A DNA stretch of 64,000 nt, taken from an uncultured Candidatus Saccharibacteria bacterium. GTDB taxonomy: Bacteria > Patescibacteriota > Minisyncoccia > Phycocordibacterales > SBAW01. Below are positions 30,798 to 40,080 of this stretch, piece after piece (position 1 is the stretch's first letter; each line of letters opens with the position of its first letter). The stretch covers positions 176,746-240,745 of the forward strand of contig CAZTNI010000001.1 of NCBI GenBank assembly GCA_964615415.1, in the 5' to 3' direction. Below the pieces are notes generated by a model. The model saw nothing but the letters and a program-made list of their open reading frames with translations. It had not been told where the DNA came from and searched no databases. The position numbers and the translations under genes are program-made.

Positions 30798-33005
30798 TTA
30801 CTCAAAATGCATGGCTTCTCTGCGAGAGGAGACTGCTTCTTTTAAGAGAGGGTGTTTCGTAAGCGTTTCGTCGGACTTTATTAAGGCGAGCGCCTCGGTA
30901 CGCGCAGCTTCTACAAGTTTGAGGTTTTTAATCGCTTCCATGCCGATGTCCGAGATGCCCCACTGACTTCTGCCGGAAAGTTCTCCGGGGCCGCGCTGCT
31001 GTAGGTCCATCTCGGCGAGTTCGAATCCATTTTTTGCTTTTGTAAGTGCTTTGAGGCGTGCAATCGTTTTTTCTCCCTGTGTTTCCGGACAGACAAAACA
31101 ATACGCTTGGTGAGTGGAGCGTACGACGCGTCCGCGTAACTGGTGGAGTTGCGATAGGCCGAAGCGTTCGGCGCCTTCAATAAAAATCATCGTCGCGTTC
31201 GGCACGTTAACGCCGACTTCGACTACCGACGTTGCAACAAGAATATCTATCTCGTGGTTTGAAAAGCGCTCCATCACCGCGTCTTTTTCCGCAGGCTTCA
31301 TCTTGCTGTGAAGTATATCTATTTCGTAGTCTTGAAATACTTCTTTTTTAAGACGTTTAGCTTCAGCGGTAACAGACTTTGCCATCAGTGCAAACATCTT
31401 GTCTTTATCTGGCTCATCGATGCGCGGACAAATAACGTATGCTTGGCGGCCGGCCGCAAGCTCCTCGTGCATTTTTTTATACGCTTCCGTACGATCTTTC
31501 GTCTCGACAATCTCGGTAATGATCGGCTTTCTGCCCGGAGGCATCTGGTCAAGGAGTGTCAGGTCGAGGTCGCCGTAAAGGGTGAGCGCAAGTGTGCGCG
31601 GGATCGGTGTTGCGGTCATGGAAAGGAGGTGCGGCAGTTGCTCGTCTTTGCGCGCGAGCTTGCGACGTTGGTTAATACCGAAGCGGTGCTGTTCGTCTAT
31701 AACCACAAGTGCTAAATGTTTAAACTGCACCGACTTTTCGATAAGTGAATGCGTACCTATTACGACCGGAATCTCGCCATTCGCCACCCATTTTAAAAGT
31801 TGAGTGCGGGAAATATTAGTCGCTTCGTCCTTGCTGACTTTGGAAGGGAATTTAAAACAACCGCTTCCAGTAATAAGGCCTATATTAATTGGGAACTGTT
31901 CGAAGTATTTTATAAACGACTCGAAGTGCTGCTTCGCTAAAATTTCTGTCGGTGCCATGTATGCAACTTGTAAATTGCCAAAACTTTGGCCGCTCGGGCG
32001 GGTACGCACCGCAGCGTACGCAGCCGTGGCTGCGACGGCAGTCTTGCCTGAGCCTACGTCGCCTTCAAGGAGGCGCGACATAGGGTGACCGCTCCTCATG
32101 TCTTTAAGGATCGCGTTAATCGCTTTCATTTGCGCTGGTGTTGCAGTAAAGGGGAACTGCGAGATAAATTCCTCTACTATTTCTTGTGGTGCGTCGACAA
32201 CAAAACTTTTTTCATGCGCTTGCTCGGCGCGTTCTTTGCCGCGCGCAAGTTGGATATAAAATACCTCTTCAAATGCGAAACGCTTCCGCGCCGCTTCCGC
32301 ATCTTTTAGGTCTTGTGGAGTATGGATCCACACAAGTGCTGTTTTTAATGTGGGTAGGTTATATTTTTTTAAAATATCTGCAGGAATAGGATCTTCTGCG
32401 CTTTCAAGCACGCCCGCACCAAGTACACGCTCTATCGCGTGACGGAACCATAGTGAAGTAATCCCTCGTGTTTCTGGATATTGAGCGAAGATCCTCCCCG
32501 CAAGCTCCTCTGTAGAAGTCCTCGGTTCTCCGTCCTGTGGACGGCCAGACTTCTCCATAGAATCTTGCAGGGAGGATCTAAAGAGTCCGACATCAGTAGC
32601 AGAAATTTTTTCTAAGCGTGGGTTGGCGAGATACATTTTCTCGCCTTGGCCCGTCACTTTGCCCGTTGCTTTTACGAGTGTGCCATCTTGATACATCTTG
32701 GCGATGTATGGTTGGTTAAACCACATCAGTTTTATCCGACCGTTTTGGTCGCGTAGGAAGCCGGTCGTCGCAGGCACGCGGCTTTTCCATAACTTCTTAG
32801 CCTCAAGTTTTTCAAGCGTGCCGACAATAGACACTTCCGCTCCGGGTGTTAGTTCCGCGGTACTTTTTTCCTCGCCCGCCATCTCGTAGCGAAAGGGGAA
32901 GTGGTAGAGCAAATCCTGCGCAGTGGTAATCCCTAAATGCGAAAGCGCCGCCTTGTGTACCTCGCTCAGGCGGAAGAAAGCTGAAAGATTGCTTGACAAA
33001 TTCAT
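30798..33005 (-). CDS. recG: ATP-dependent DNA helicase RecG
   Basis: Walker A GDVGSGKT. DEQHRFG. MTATPIPRTLALTLYGDLD. Wedge and helicase domains. Confidence 0.95.
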   Translation of the reverse strand: MNLSSNLSAFFRLSEVHKAALSHLGITTAQDLLYHFPFRYEMAGEEKSTAELTPGAEVSIVGTLEKLEAKKLWKSRVPATTGFLRDQNGRIKLMWFNQPYIAKMYQDGTLVKATGKVTGQGEKMYLANPRLEKISATDVGLFRSSLQDSMEKSGRPQDGEPRTSTEELAGRIFAQYPETRGITSLWFRHAIERVLGAGVLESAEDPIPADILKKYNLPTLKTALVWIHTPQDLKDAEAARKRFAFEEVFYIQLARGKERAEQAHEKSFVVDAPQEIVEEFISQFPFTATPAQMKAINAILKDMRSGHPMSRLLEGDVGSGKTAVAATAAYAAVRTRPSGQSFGNLQVAYMAPTEILAKQHFESFIKYFEQFPINIGLITGSGCFKFPSKVSKDEATNISRTQLLKWVANGEIPVVIGTHSLIEKSVQFKHLALVVIDEQHRFGINQRRKLARKDEQLPHLLSMTATPIPRTLALTLYGDLDLTLLDQMPPGRKPIITEIVETKDRTEAYKKMHEELAAGRQAYVICPRIDEPDKDKMFALMAKSVTAEAKRLKKEVFQDYEIDILHSKMKPAEKDAVMERFSNHEIDILVATSVVEVGVNVPNATMIFIEGAERFGLSQLHQLRGRVVRSTHQAYCFVCPETQGEKTIARLKALTKAKNGFELAEMDLQQRGPGELSGRSQWGISDIGMEAIKNLKLVEAARTEALALIKSDETLTKHPLLKEAVSSRREAMHFE
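32489..32579 (+). repeat. palindromic repeat element, copy C, lying inside the recG coding sequence and translated in frame
   Basis: Outer inverted repeat AGATCCTCCCCGCAAG / CTTGCAGGGAGGATCT. Core GTCCTCGGTTCTCC at 32518-32531. GGCCAGAC at 32543-32550. On the recG strand it encodes RSSLQDSMEKSGRPQDGEPRTSTEELAGRIF. Confidence 0.7.
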
Positions 33006-33055
33006 AAAATTACTGTATTTTCCTTTCGGATCAGATCAACACAGGAGGGCAGCAA

Positions 33056-33675
33056 TGCTCAGTTTTTTGCTGAGAGTGTTCGAGTGGTTTTGGGCAAAGA
33101 GGGAAATTCTTCCCTATAACCCAGACGTTATCGTACCTCTTGATTATGCTATGGGCCAGGATCGGCACATCAGCAGTATGACCGTCGCCGGTCTGTATGA
33201 GGCGGCTACGTACAGTGTTCAGTTTAAAGATGCTACTGTGGCGTATGCAAACTCGAGTCACTGCTTCCCGGGTTCCGAGGAAGTCATCGCTCAGGAGAAG
33301 TGGGAGTATCTTTCTGCGATTCCGTGGGGCTACCACCCCAAGGAAACAATCGACGCGGGCGGGATCGTCAACTCCGTTACGGAAGCGTTTGCTGTGCGAG
33401 ATGCACTAGAAGAAAAAGGCATTCAGCCTAAAGAAATTCTGGTGATCACCGGCAAGCAGCACTCCCGCAGTGCGCTCTATATATGGCGGAAGGTGTTTCC
33501 TCTGGCGGAAATCTCGCTCGTCTACTTCAGAGGGCTTGAATGGCACCCTACTCATATGTTCCCGTCGCAGCGTGGTGGGTGGGTGTGGGCCAAGGCGAAT
33601 ATTCTTCGGCAAGCAGCACTGCGGATCATGGGACTCAAGTGGGTCGCCAAGCAGCAGCACAAACCTTCTCAGTAA
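33056..33675 (+). CDS. hypothetical protein
   Basis: Internal ATG of ORF 32923..33675 chosen so as not to overlap the recG 3' end. Confidence 0.45.
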
Positions 33676-33686
33676 TTCTCTCTCCA

Positions 33687-33720
33687 AGCAGTCCGGTACG
33701 CCGGGCTGCTTTTCTTTTTC
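33687..33720 (+). terminator. intrinsic terminator
   Basis: Hairpin AGCAGTCCGG-TACG-CCGGGCTGCT followed by TTTCTTTTTC. Confidence 0.65.
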
Positions 33721-33729
33721 TGCTATACT
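33721..33729 (+). promoter_or_regulatory. extended -10 box TGCTATACT, 7 nt upstream of the malic enzyme ATG (leaderless)
   Basis: TGCTATACT-cactccc-ATG. Confidence 0.55.
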
Positions 33730-33736
33730 CACTCCC

Positions 33737-34879
33737 ATGAGTAAGAAAGACCTCGGAAAGGAAGCGCTGGAATTACACAAGAAGTACAAGGGGAAGCTGT
33801 TTACGGGGCTCAATAAAAAGATTAAGAATCGCGAGGATCTTTCCTTAATGTACACGCCCGGTGTCGGTGCTGTATCTTCATTTGTTGCAAAGCATCCAGA
33901 AAAAGTTCGCGACTATACTATTAAAAATAATACTGTTGCCGTTATCTCCGATGGCTCGGCTGTGCTTGGTCTCGGCAACATTGGCCCGTACGGTGCACTG
34001 CCGGTTATGGAAGGAAAGGCTGCGTTGTTTAAAACATTTGCAAACATAGACGCATTTCCTATTGTGCTCGACACGCAAAACGTCGATGAGATTGTGGAAA
34101 CGATTGTGCGCATCGCTCCGGTCTTTGGAGGCATTAACTTGGAAGACTTTGCTGCGCCAAACTGTTTTGAAATAGAGGAGCGTGTGAAGGCGGCGCTTGA
34201 TATTCCGGTCATGCATGACGACCAACACGGTACGGCTATTGTTGTTGCTGCAGCGCTTATGAATGCAGCAAAAGTAGTAAAGAAAGATTTTAAAAAGTTG
34301 CGCGTCGTTGTCTCGGGCGCAGGCGCTGCGGGGACTGCGGTGACCAAGCTCCTGCTTTTAGCGGGCGTGAAAGATATCATTGTCCTCGACACGAAGGGAA
34401 TTATTGTCGAAGGGCGCGACAATTTAACGCCACACAAGGTAGAGCTTTCTCAGCTTACGAACCCGCATAAAGTTTCAGGTGGATTTAACGAGGCTCTCTC
34501 TGGTGCGGATGTGCTTATTGGTCTGTGCGGCCCAGGCATCATCAACAAAAACCATATTGCGTTGATGGCTAAGAATGCGATCGTCTTCGCGATGGCAAAT
34601 CCGGTGCCGGAAATTATGCCGGACGAAGCGCGTGCAGGTGGAGCGGTAGTTGTTGCAACGGGGCGCTCGGACTTTCCAAACCAGGTTAACAACTCGCTCG
34701 TATTTCCTGGAGTGTTTCGCGGTGCGCTCGACAACAAGGTTAAAAAAATTACCGACACGATGAAGTTGAAGGCGGCTAAAAATCTTGCAGCACTGGTAAA
34801 GAAACCTTCTGCAGAAAAAGTTATTCCAACACCGTTTGAAAAAGGAATTGTGGAAGCTGTGGCAAAAGCCATTAAGTAA
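33737..34879 (+). CDS. NAD(P)-dependent malic enzyme
   Basis: MYTPGVGAVSSF ... MEGKAALFK ... FGGINLEDFAAPNCFEIE ... VVSGAGAAGTAV. Classic malic-enzyme motifs. Confidence 0.9.
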   Translation: MSKKDLGKEALELHKKYKGKLFTGLNKKIKNREDLSLMYTPGVGAVSSFVAKHPEKVRDYTIKNNTVAVISDGSAVLGLGNIGPYGALPVMEGKAALFKTFANIDAFPIVLDTQNVDEIVETIVRIAPVFGGINLEDFAAPNCFEIEERVKAALDIPVMHDDQHGTAIVVAAALMNAAKVVKKDFKKLRVVVSGAGAAGTAVTKLLLLAGVKDIIVLDTKGIIVEGRDNLTPHKVELSQLTNPHKVSGGFNEALSGADVLIGLCGPGIINKNHIALMAKNAIVFAMANPVPEIMPDEARAGGAVVVATGRSDFPNQVNNSLVFPGVFRGALDNKVKKITDTMKLKAAKNLAALVKKPSAEKVIPTPFEKGIVEAVAKAIK

Positions 34880-34880
34880 A

Positions 34881-34902
34881 AGGCCGCCCGTAGGGCGGCC
34901 TG
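34881..34902. terminator. terminator hairpin between convergent genes
   Basis: AGGCCGCCC-GTAG-GGCGGCCT. Confidence 0.6.
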
Positions 34903-34912
34903 TTCGTATTAG

Positions 34913-35371
34913 CTAATTGAGCCAATACCAGTTAAGAAACTCAAGCATCTTTGCCTCGATGGTTGGGATGCTGTGCTGCGTCCACTTGTGGTTCATGGGA
35001 CGCGTGTGAGTTTCTAAATATGTTGCGAGTCTGCGCACTACTTCTTGTTCGGACTTATCGAACTGAAGCGTTTTTCCTGCCACTACTCGCACTGATGTAG
35101 CGGTATGAATAGCGACCGCTAACGCAGTTGCGAAAGCACCAAACCCGGTGCCACACATGCCCGCGAGGCGCAAAGCGAGTATGGCTGCGTATCCTTTGCG
35201 TAAGGTGTCACGCAAGGTTGTAAGGGTGGCACGATCGTCGTTGTCGGTGCTAAAGAGATCTAGGATCTCTTTAGCGGTGGTACCCCACCAGTCTTCCTCT
35301 GTCCTAAGGCGAAGCTTCCTCTTTCGAGAATGCGACGGCTCAGGAGAAGACGCTTCCACTGTCATCTGCAC
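34913..35371 (-). CDS. hypothetical protein
   Basis: 152-aa ORF. Confidence 0.45.
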   Translation of the reverse strand: MQMTVEASSPEPSHSRKRKLRLRTEEDWWGTTAKEILDLFSTDNDDRATLTTLRDTLRKGYAAILALRLAGMCGTGFGAFATALAVAIHTATSVRVVAGKTLQFDKSEQEVVRRLATYLETHTRPMNHKWTQHSIPTIEAKMLEFLNWYWLN

Positions 35372-35509
35372 GAATGTCTCCTTTGTAGTCTTCTATAACG
35401 CCCAAAAGAACGCTAAAACCTTTATACGCACCATGTCTATATATGTCAAGAAAATGGGCATAGAAACGCTTCTCCTGGGGCCACAAAATAGGTACACTAC
35501 AAGTATGGG

Positions 35510-36082
35510 ATGAAAGGGGAAGCCCTTTCGTTCGTCTTAGATATGAGAGATGAAGTACAGCAAGCATTCCAGGCTGCGTATGAACGTTATAATGACGAGC
35601 TTTTTCGCCATTGTGCGCTCCGGCTTTCTGACCGAGAGCGAGCTCTGGAACTTACTCAGGAAGCCTTTCTTCGCACCTGGAAGTATCTCTCCGGGGGACA
35701 GGAAATTCAGGAGCTTCGGCCGTTTCTGTACCGCACGTTGAAGAACCTCATCATCGACGAATATCGCAAAATGAAGACGTACTCACTTGAAGCAATGATA
35801 GACCAGGAAGAAGGAGAGACTGTAGAGTCTTTGTTGCCTCAAGATGATTCGAACACGCTCGAAGCGGCAATTGATCGTTTTGAAGGGAAGCGGGCACTCG
35901 ATATGCTTTCGAAATTACCGATTGCATATAAAGAAGTGCTTGTGATGCGGTACGTTGACGGGCTGTCCCCGAAAGAAATTGCAGAAGAGTTGAGTGAGAG
36001 TGAAAATACAATATCCGTACGTTTGCATCGGGCGCTCAAGAAGCTGCGCGACTTGTTTGAAGTAGAAGAAACACGACTATGA
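35510..36082 (+). CDS. ECF-type RNA polymerase sigma factor (sigma-70 family)
   Basis: Region 2 QEAFLRTWKYL. Region 4 EVLVMRYVDGLSPKEIAEELSESENTISVRLHRALKKLR. Confidence 0.85.
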   Translation: MKGEALSFVLDMRDEVQQAFQAAYERYNDELFRHCALRLSDRERALELTQEAFLRTWKYLSGGQEIQELRPFLYRTLKNLIIDEYRKMKTYSLEAMIDQEEGETVESLLPQDDSNTLEAAIDRFEGKRALDMLSKLPIAYKEVLVMRYVDGLSPKEIAEELSESENTISVRLHRALKKLRDLFEVEETRL

Positions 36083-37374
36083 AAACTCCATTAGAAAAAC
36101 TCAAAAAAGAGGCTGACGCTATTCGCTTGTCACAAGCGGAGAAGGCGGCTATGTGGGCACGCATCGAAGCAGAGATGCGGGGAGCCTCGCGCCCGGCCGC
36201 ACGTCCTGTGAAGAGTACGTACTTTGTGTATTCATGGCGGATGGTCGGCAGTTTTGCGATGTTGGTACTTATTGTGCTTGGTACCGGTACTACCTACGCA
36301 GCAGGAGGTGCACTTCCAGGGAGCCCGCTCTATCCTCTTAAGGTAGGAGTTGCGGAGCCTATTAAAGGCGCGCTCGCATTTTCAAACGAAGCTAAAGCAG
36401 AATTTCATACTGAAGTAGCACAAACTCGTCTTGAGGAAGCTGAGGCGCTTGCCGCACAAGGAAGACTTACAGATGAAGTAAGCGCAACACTTGCGGCGCG
36501 CATTACGCAGCATGTCGAAGAAGTGCAGACTATTGTAAAAAAGATTGAAGAAGTAGACCCTGTGGCTGCGTTAGAAGTAACGGTGCAAGTTGACTCCTCT
36601 CTTGCTGCACACAGCGAGGTGCTTGCGCACCTGGGTGGTGAAAGTAGCGACGAAGCAACGCGTGCAAACGCAGTCGTAATTGCATTTAATACTTCCTCAC
36701 AAAATGCTGCTATGGGCGGGAGCGGCGATGCAAGCGACGCAGTTGCTATGAAGATGGCTGCACCATCAGCAAACACGGAAGTGTCTACTTTCGGTGTGTC
36801 AGTGGCTACTAACTCTGCGCCTGCAGAACAGGCTTCTACTACCGCTTCAGCTACTATGGAAATGCGCCTTGCTCCTGCACGTACCGCATCCTTTACTTCG
36901 GCAGAAGAAACCATGCTACGTCAACTTGAACGTCGTGTAGAGAGTCGCCTTCAAACAGTACGTAGTCAGTACAACAGTATTAAGAAATCTCTTTCTGCTA
37001 CAACTACCGGAGCGGTTGAGGCACGCATCAACTTTTTTGAAGAGCGTATTGATGCAGCTGCAGAAGCTCGTCAAAGTGGCGACTACGAATTATCGAAAGC
37101 CGAATACAATTCGGTGTTGAGCGGTGTTGTCGAACTTTCCACCTTCCTCTCTGCAAGCAAGAAATTTAATAAGGGTATTCTCGACTCGCTCCTTAGTAAG
37201 TACGGTCTTACCGTCGGGGAAGTTAAAGGAGATATGGATATACGGTTTGAAGTAGGGGCGCATAAAGGAGAACAAACAGAACCGGCGCAGCCAAAGCAGG
37301 AGATCGAAATAGAAAAACCAGAAATAGAAAAACCCGAAGCCCCACGAGGTATTAAACTCGATATCTCGCTGTAG
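36079..37374 (+). CDS. putative membrane-anchored anti-sigma factor (DUF5667-like)
   Basis: Start overlaps the sigma-gene stop (ATGA). One TM segment after about 60 aa. Long Ala/Glu-rich extracytoplasmic region. Confidence 0.5.
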   Translation: MKTPLEKLKKEADAIRLSQAEKAAMWARIEAEMRGASRPAARPVKSTYFVYSWRMVGSFAMLVLIVLGTGTTYAAGGALPGSPLYPLKVGVAEPIKGALAFSNEAKAEFHTEVAQTRLEEAEALAAQGRLTDEVSATLAARITQHVEEVQTIVKKIEEVDPVAALEVTVQVDSSLAAHSEVLAHLGGESSDEATRANAVVIAFNTSSQNAAMGGSGDASDAVAMKMAAPSANTEVSTFGVSVATNSAPAEQASTTASATMEMRLAPARTASFTSAEETMLRQLERRVESRLQTVRSQYNSIKKSLSATTTGAVEARINFFEERIDAAAEARQSGDYELSKAEYNSVLSGVVELSTFLSASKKFNKGILDSLLSKYGLTVGEVKGDMDIRFEVGAHKGEQTEPAQPKQEIEIEKPEIEKPEAPRGIKLDISL

Positions 37375-37403
37375 ATTGCGCTTTTATAAGCATATGCTAA
37401 TAT

Positions 37404-37706
37404 TTGCATATGTCTGATTTGTGCGCGGAGATTGCAAAGATGGGCAAAGGCATTGGTAACGAAAATCGCTACCGTGTTTTACAAGCGCTTGCAAGCGGTC
37501 CACGTACGGTTGGAGAAATAGTGAAAGTGGTTAAGCTCTCGCAGCCTGCCGTCTCTCAGCATTTAAAAGTGCTCAAGGAAGCGGAGTTGGTACTCGATGA
37601 ACGCAAGGGCCAGGAAGTGTACTACTCGACCAATGTGTCTTACATGGCGGCATTGCTACAAAAGTTAGCTATGGATGTGCAAAAGGGAAAGAAAGTTACT
37701 AAATAA
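37404..37706 (+). CDS. ArsR/SmtB-family transcriptional regulator
   Basis: Winged-helix motif RYRVLQALASGPRTVGEIVKVVKLSQPAVSQHLKVLKEAELV. Confidence 0.8.
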   Translation: MHMSDLCAEIAKMGKGIGNENRYRVLQALASGPRTVGEIVKVVKLSQPAVSQHLKVLKEAELVLDERKGQEVYYSTNVSYMAALLQKLAMDVQKGKKVTK

Positions 37707-37717
37707 TTTATTTTTTT

Positions 37718-38335
37718 ATGGCATACGATACACTCGCTTCAAACGAGGCTCTTGAAAAGGTTGTGACAGGGTTACGTGAACGCAATGTGGAGCCAATTAT
37801 TGTGGCAAACAAGGAGGAAGCAATGCAGAAAATAAAGGAGCTCATTCCGGCAGGGGCGAGTGTTATGAATGGTGCCTCAACTACGCTCGAGCAGCTTGGC
37901 TTCATTGAATATTTAAAGTCAGGAGAACATGGGTGGAATAACCTCCATGGCGAAATTGTTACCGAGAAAGACCCGGTCCAGCAGCAACTTCTTCGCCGCC
38001 AAGCACTTATTTCTGATTTTTATTTAGGTAGTGTGCACGCGCTCGCGGAAACAGGAGAGTTTGTTATTGCGTCGAATACGGGGAGTCAGTTGCCACATGT
38101 GGTATTTAGTTCTCCCAACGTTATCTTTGTTGTAAGTACAAAAAAGATTGTGCCAACACTCGAGGATGCGCAAAAGCGTCTTGAGGAACATGTGGTGCCG
38201 CTTGAGGACGTTCGCTTGATGAAGGCATACAACGCGCATACGCGACTCTCGAAAGAAGTTATCTTTCATTTTGAAAGTCCGTTTACCGGCCGCAAACTCT
38301 ACATGATCCTCGTAGAAGAAGACCTCGGATTTTAA
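37718..38335 (+). CDS. LUD-domain (DUF162, LutC/YkgG-like) protein
   Basis: ASNTGSQLPHVVFSSPNVIFVVSTKKIVPTLEDA resembles the LUD domain. Confidence 0.4.
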   Translation: MAYDTLASNEALEKVVTGLRERNVEPIIVANKEEAMQKIKELIPAGASVMNGASTTLEQLGFIEYLKSGEHGWNNLHGEIVTEKDPVQQQLLRRQALISDFYLGSVHALAETGEFVIASNTGSQLPHVVFSSPNVIFVVSTKKIVPTLEDAQKRLEEHVVPLEDVRLMKAYNAHTRLSKEVIFHFESPFTGRKLYMILVEEDLGF

Positions 38336-38336
38336 T

Positions 38337-38366
38337 TGGCGGGGACGATTGCCGGAACTTTGAACC
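38337..38366 (+). repeat. possible degenerate att-like repeat of the tRNA-Ser 3' end
   Basis: TGGCGGGGACGATTGCCGGAACTTTGAACC versus the tRNA 3' end TGGCGGAGAGGGAGGGATTCGAACC (41337-41361). Brackets the RM/Vsr cassette. Confidence 0.25.
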
Positions 38367-38489
38367 AAAATACGGCCTAACATTCAGCTATCTCGATAAA
38401 ATCATACCGAAATTGCGAGCTATGCACAAAGAGCATCCGGAGTGGTTTGAGGTACCGAAACAAAAAACAATTCAAAAGAACGCGATAGA

Positions 38490-38897
38490 TTATTCGGTCA
38501 AATAATTCAACTTTTGACTTATAGATGAAGAATTCTTTTTTATCTCGTGTTCCCATATCCTAATCACTTTCCATCCTTGCTTCTTTAGAAGTCTATTTAC
38601 TTTCCGATCTCTCAATTTATTATTACTTATTTTTTCTCTCCAAAATATCCTGTTGGAAGCAGGAATCAGGTTACACTTAGAGCATCCGTGCCAAAAGCAA
38701 CCATCAGTAAATATAGCAATCTTTTGTTTTGTAAATACAAAATCAGGTTTACCTATAACTGAGGAGTGTCTTTTCCAACCTTTTATCTTATTTGCTCTAA
38801 ATAATTTTATTAATGCTTCTTCTGTACTCTTGTTGCCATGTCCTTTGATGGCAGACATATTACGTGATCTTTGCAGGGGTGTGTGAACATCGGACAT
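38490..38897 (-). CDS. vsr: very-short-patch repair endonuclease Vsr
   Basis: FTDGCFWHGC motif and Vsr N-terminal region. Confidence 0.85.
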   Translation of the reverse strand: MSDVHTPLQRSRNMSAIKGHGNKSTEEALIKLFRANKIKGWKRHSSVIGKPDFVFTKQKIAIFTDGCFWHGCSKCNLIPASNRIFWREKISNNKLRDRKVNRLLKKQGWKVIRIWEHEIKKNSSSISQKLNYLTE

Positions 38898-38910
38898 TGT
38901 CTGTTAAAGA

Positions 38911-40074
38911 TTAGGCAACTATTTCTTTTGCTTTTTCAATAAAGTCCTCAACTGTAAGGATAGTGAGAGGATGATTTTTCGGATACTCGTCTTGGAGTTT
39001 GCGAGGCACTACCAGTGTCACTCCTGCCTCGTGCATCTCCGTGAGTTGGTTTGACGAAATGCCAGGCTGCAGCGTGAGAATGTGTTTATTTTTTACCCGT
39101 TTGCCCTCATTCAACACCTGTCGCCATCGGTCTTTGCACGTGGTCTTTACGCCCATCACAATCAGATTTTCAGTCGGATATGATGTATCCAAATACGCTT
39201 CTTTACTTGGAAAAACAATGTCTGGTTTTCCATCAACACGCGGCTGCATCTCGTGAGGCAGATTTGCTTCGGTGAGAATACTGTCTACGTGGTTCTCAAG
39301 CGAGTGACCCGCTCTTGATTTGCGGCGGTTCATAATGCTTGCTGCCGTGTGGAGGAAGTCATCAACATCTTTGAAAAGACGACCTATTTCTGACTGGCAA
39401 ATTTGTCGCTCAACCACTTGGAATAGTCGGTATTCGGTTAAATAGTATTCAAGAAGCTTGGTATCCGCAGGTTGTTTAGCCAGCTCACTGAAACAGTGAG
39501 CGAGCATATCACGTGTTGAGTTTGAAAAGACATCTGTGCGAGGAAAGGTCTCAAGTGACTTTGCGAACTCTTGAAACTGCTTCTCCAAACACGCATCGGT
39601 ATCCTCAACTTCTGCCGCACCGTTTTTGTAAATAGCCCAGTGCTCAAAGGGCTGTACGCCCAAAGAAGCCATTATTTCCTCAATGTCATCCTCTTGGTCA
39701 AAAACATACGCGTTGAAGTGTTTGGCACTCGTAGGAACAAGCATCAGCAGATCTCCAACGGTGTCAGGTATGAGGAATGGAAAATCGCGTCCGAAGCGGG
39801 TCAGTCGGTACTCTGAACGCGTGCCCTGACCGTACCAAGTGACAACGGAGTTCGTGGTTCTTCCATCGTGCCATTCAATGTCTACATCGTGCTTTGTATT
39901 TTGCCCTTTGGTAGGAGCATTTGGGGTGTAAATCTCCCACGCAGATTTTGGTAGATAAAACCCTGCCTGATGCGCTCCTGTCGCACCTGTGTCATTCGGC
40001 GAGATGAACTTCAATAGCGCGTTTCCGTGCTGTACTGCCTCACTGATTGCTTTTTCGATAAGTGGTGACGCCAT
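38911..40074 (-). CDS. EcoRII-family type IIE restriction endonuclease
   Basis: N-terminal effector domain KFISPNDTGATGAHQAGFYLP and RFGRDFPFLIPDTVGDLLMLV align closely with EcoRII KRLSANDTGATGGHQVGLYIP / RWGRGSPLQDPENTGALTLLAF. Confidence 0.8.
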   Translation of the reverse strand: MASPLIEKAISEAVQHGNALLKFISPNDTGATGAHQAGFYLPKSAWEIYTPNAPTKGQNTKHDVDIEWHDGRTTNSVVTWYGQGTRSEYRLTRFGRDFPFLIPDTVGDLLMLVPTSAKHFNAYVFDQEDDIEEIMASLGVQPFEHWAIYKNGAAEVEDTDACLEKQFQEFAKSLETFPRTDVFSNSTRDMLAHCFSELAKQPADTKLLEYYLTEYRLFQVVERQICQSEIGRLFKDVDDFLHTAASIMNRRKSRAGHSLENHVDSILTEANLPHEMQPRVDGKPDIVFPSKEAYLDTSYPTENLIVMGVKTTCKDRWRQVLNEGKRVKNKHILTLQPGISSNQLTEMHEAGVTLVVPRKLQDEYPKNHPLTILTVEDFIEKAKEIVA

Positions 40075-40080
40075 TGTAGT

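Noticed and set aside
38368-38490. Short ORF remnant (... YGLTFSYLDKIIPKLRAMHKEHPEWFEVPKQKTIQKNAIDYSVK) between the LUD gene and vsr
   Set aside because: No start context and it is too short. Possibly a gene fragment left at the island border. Not reported as a gene.
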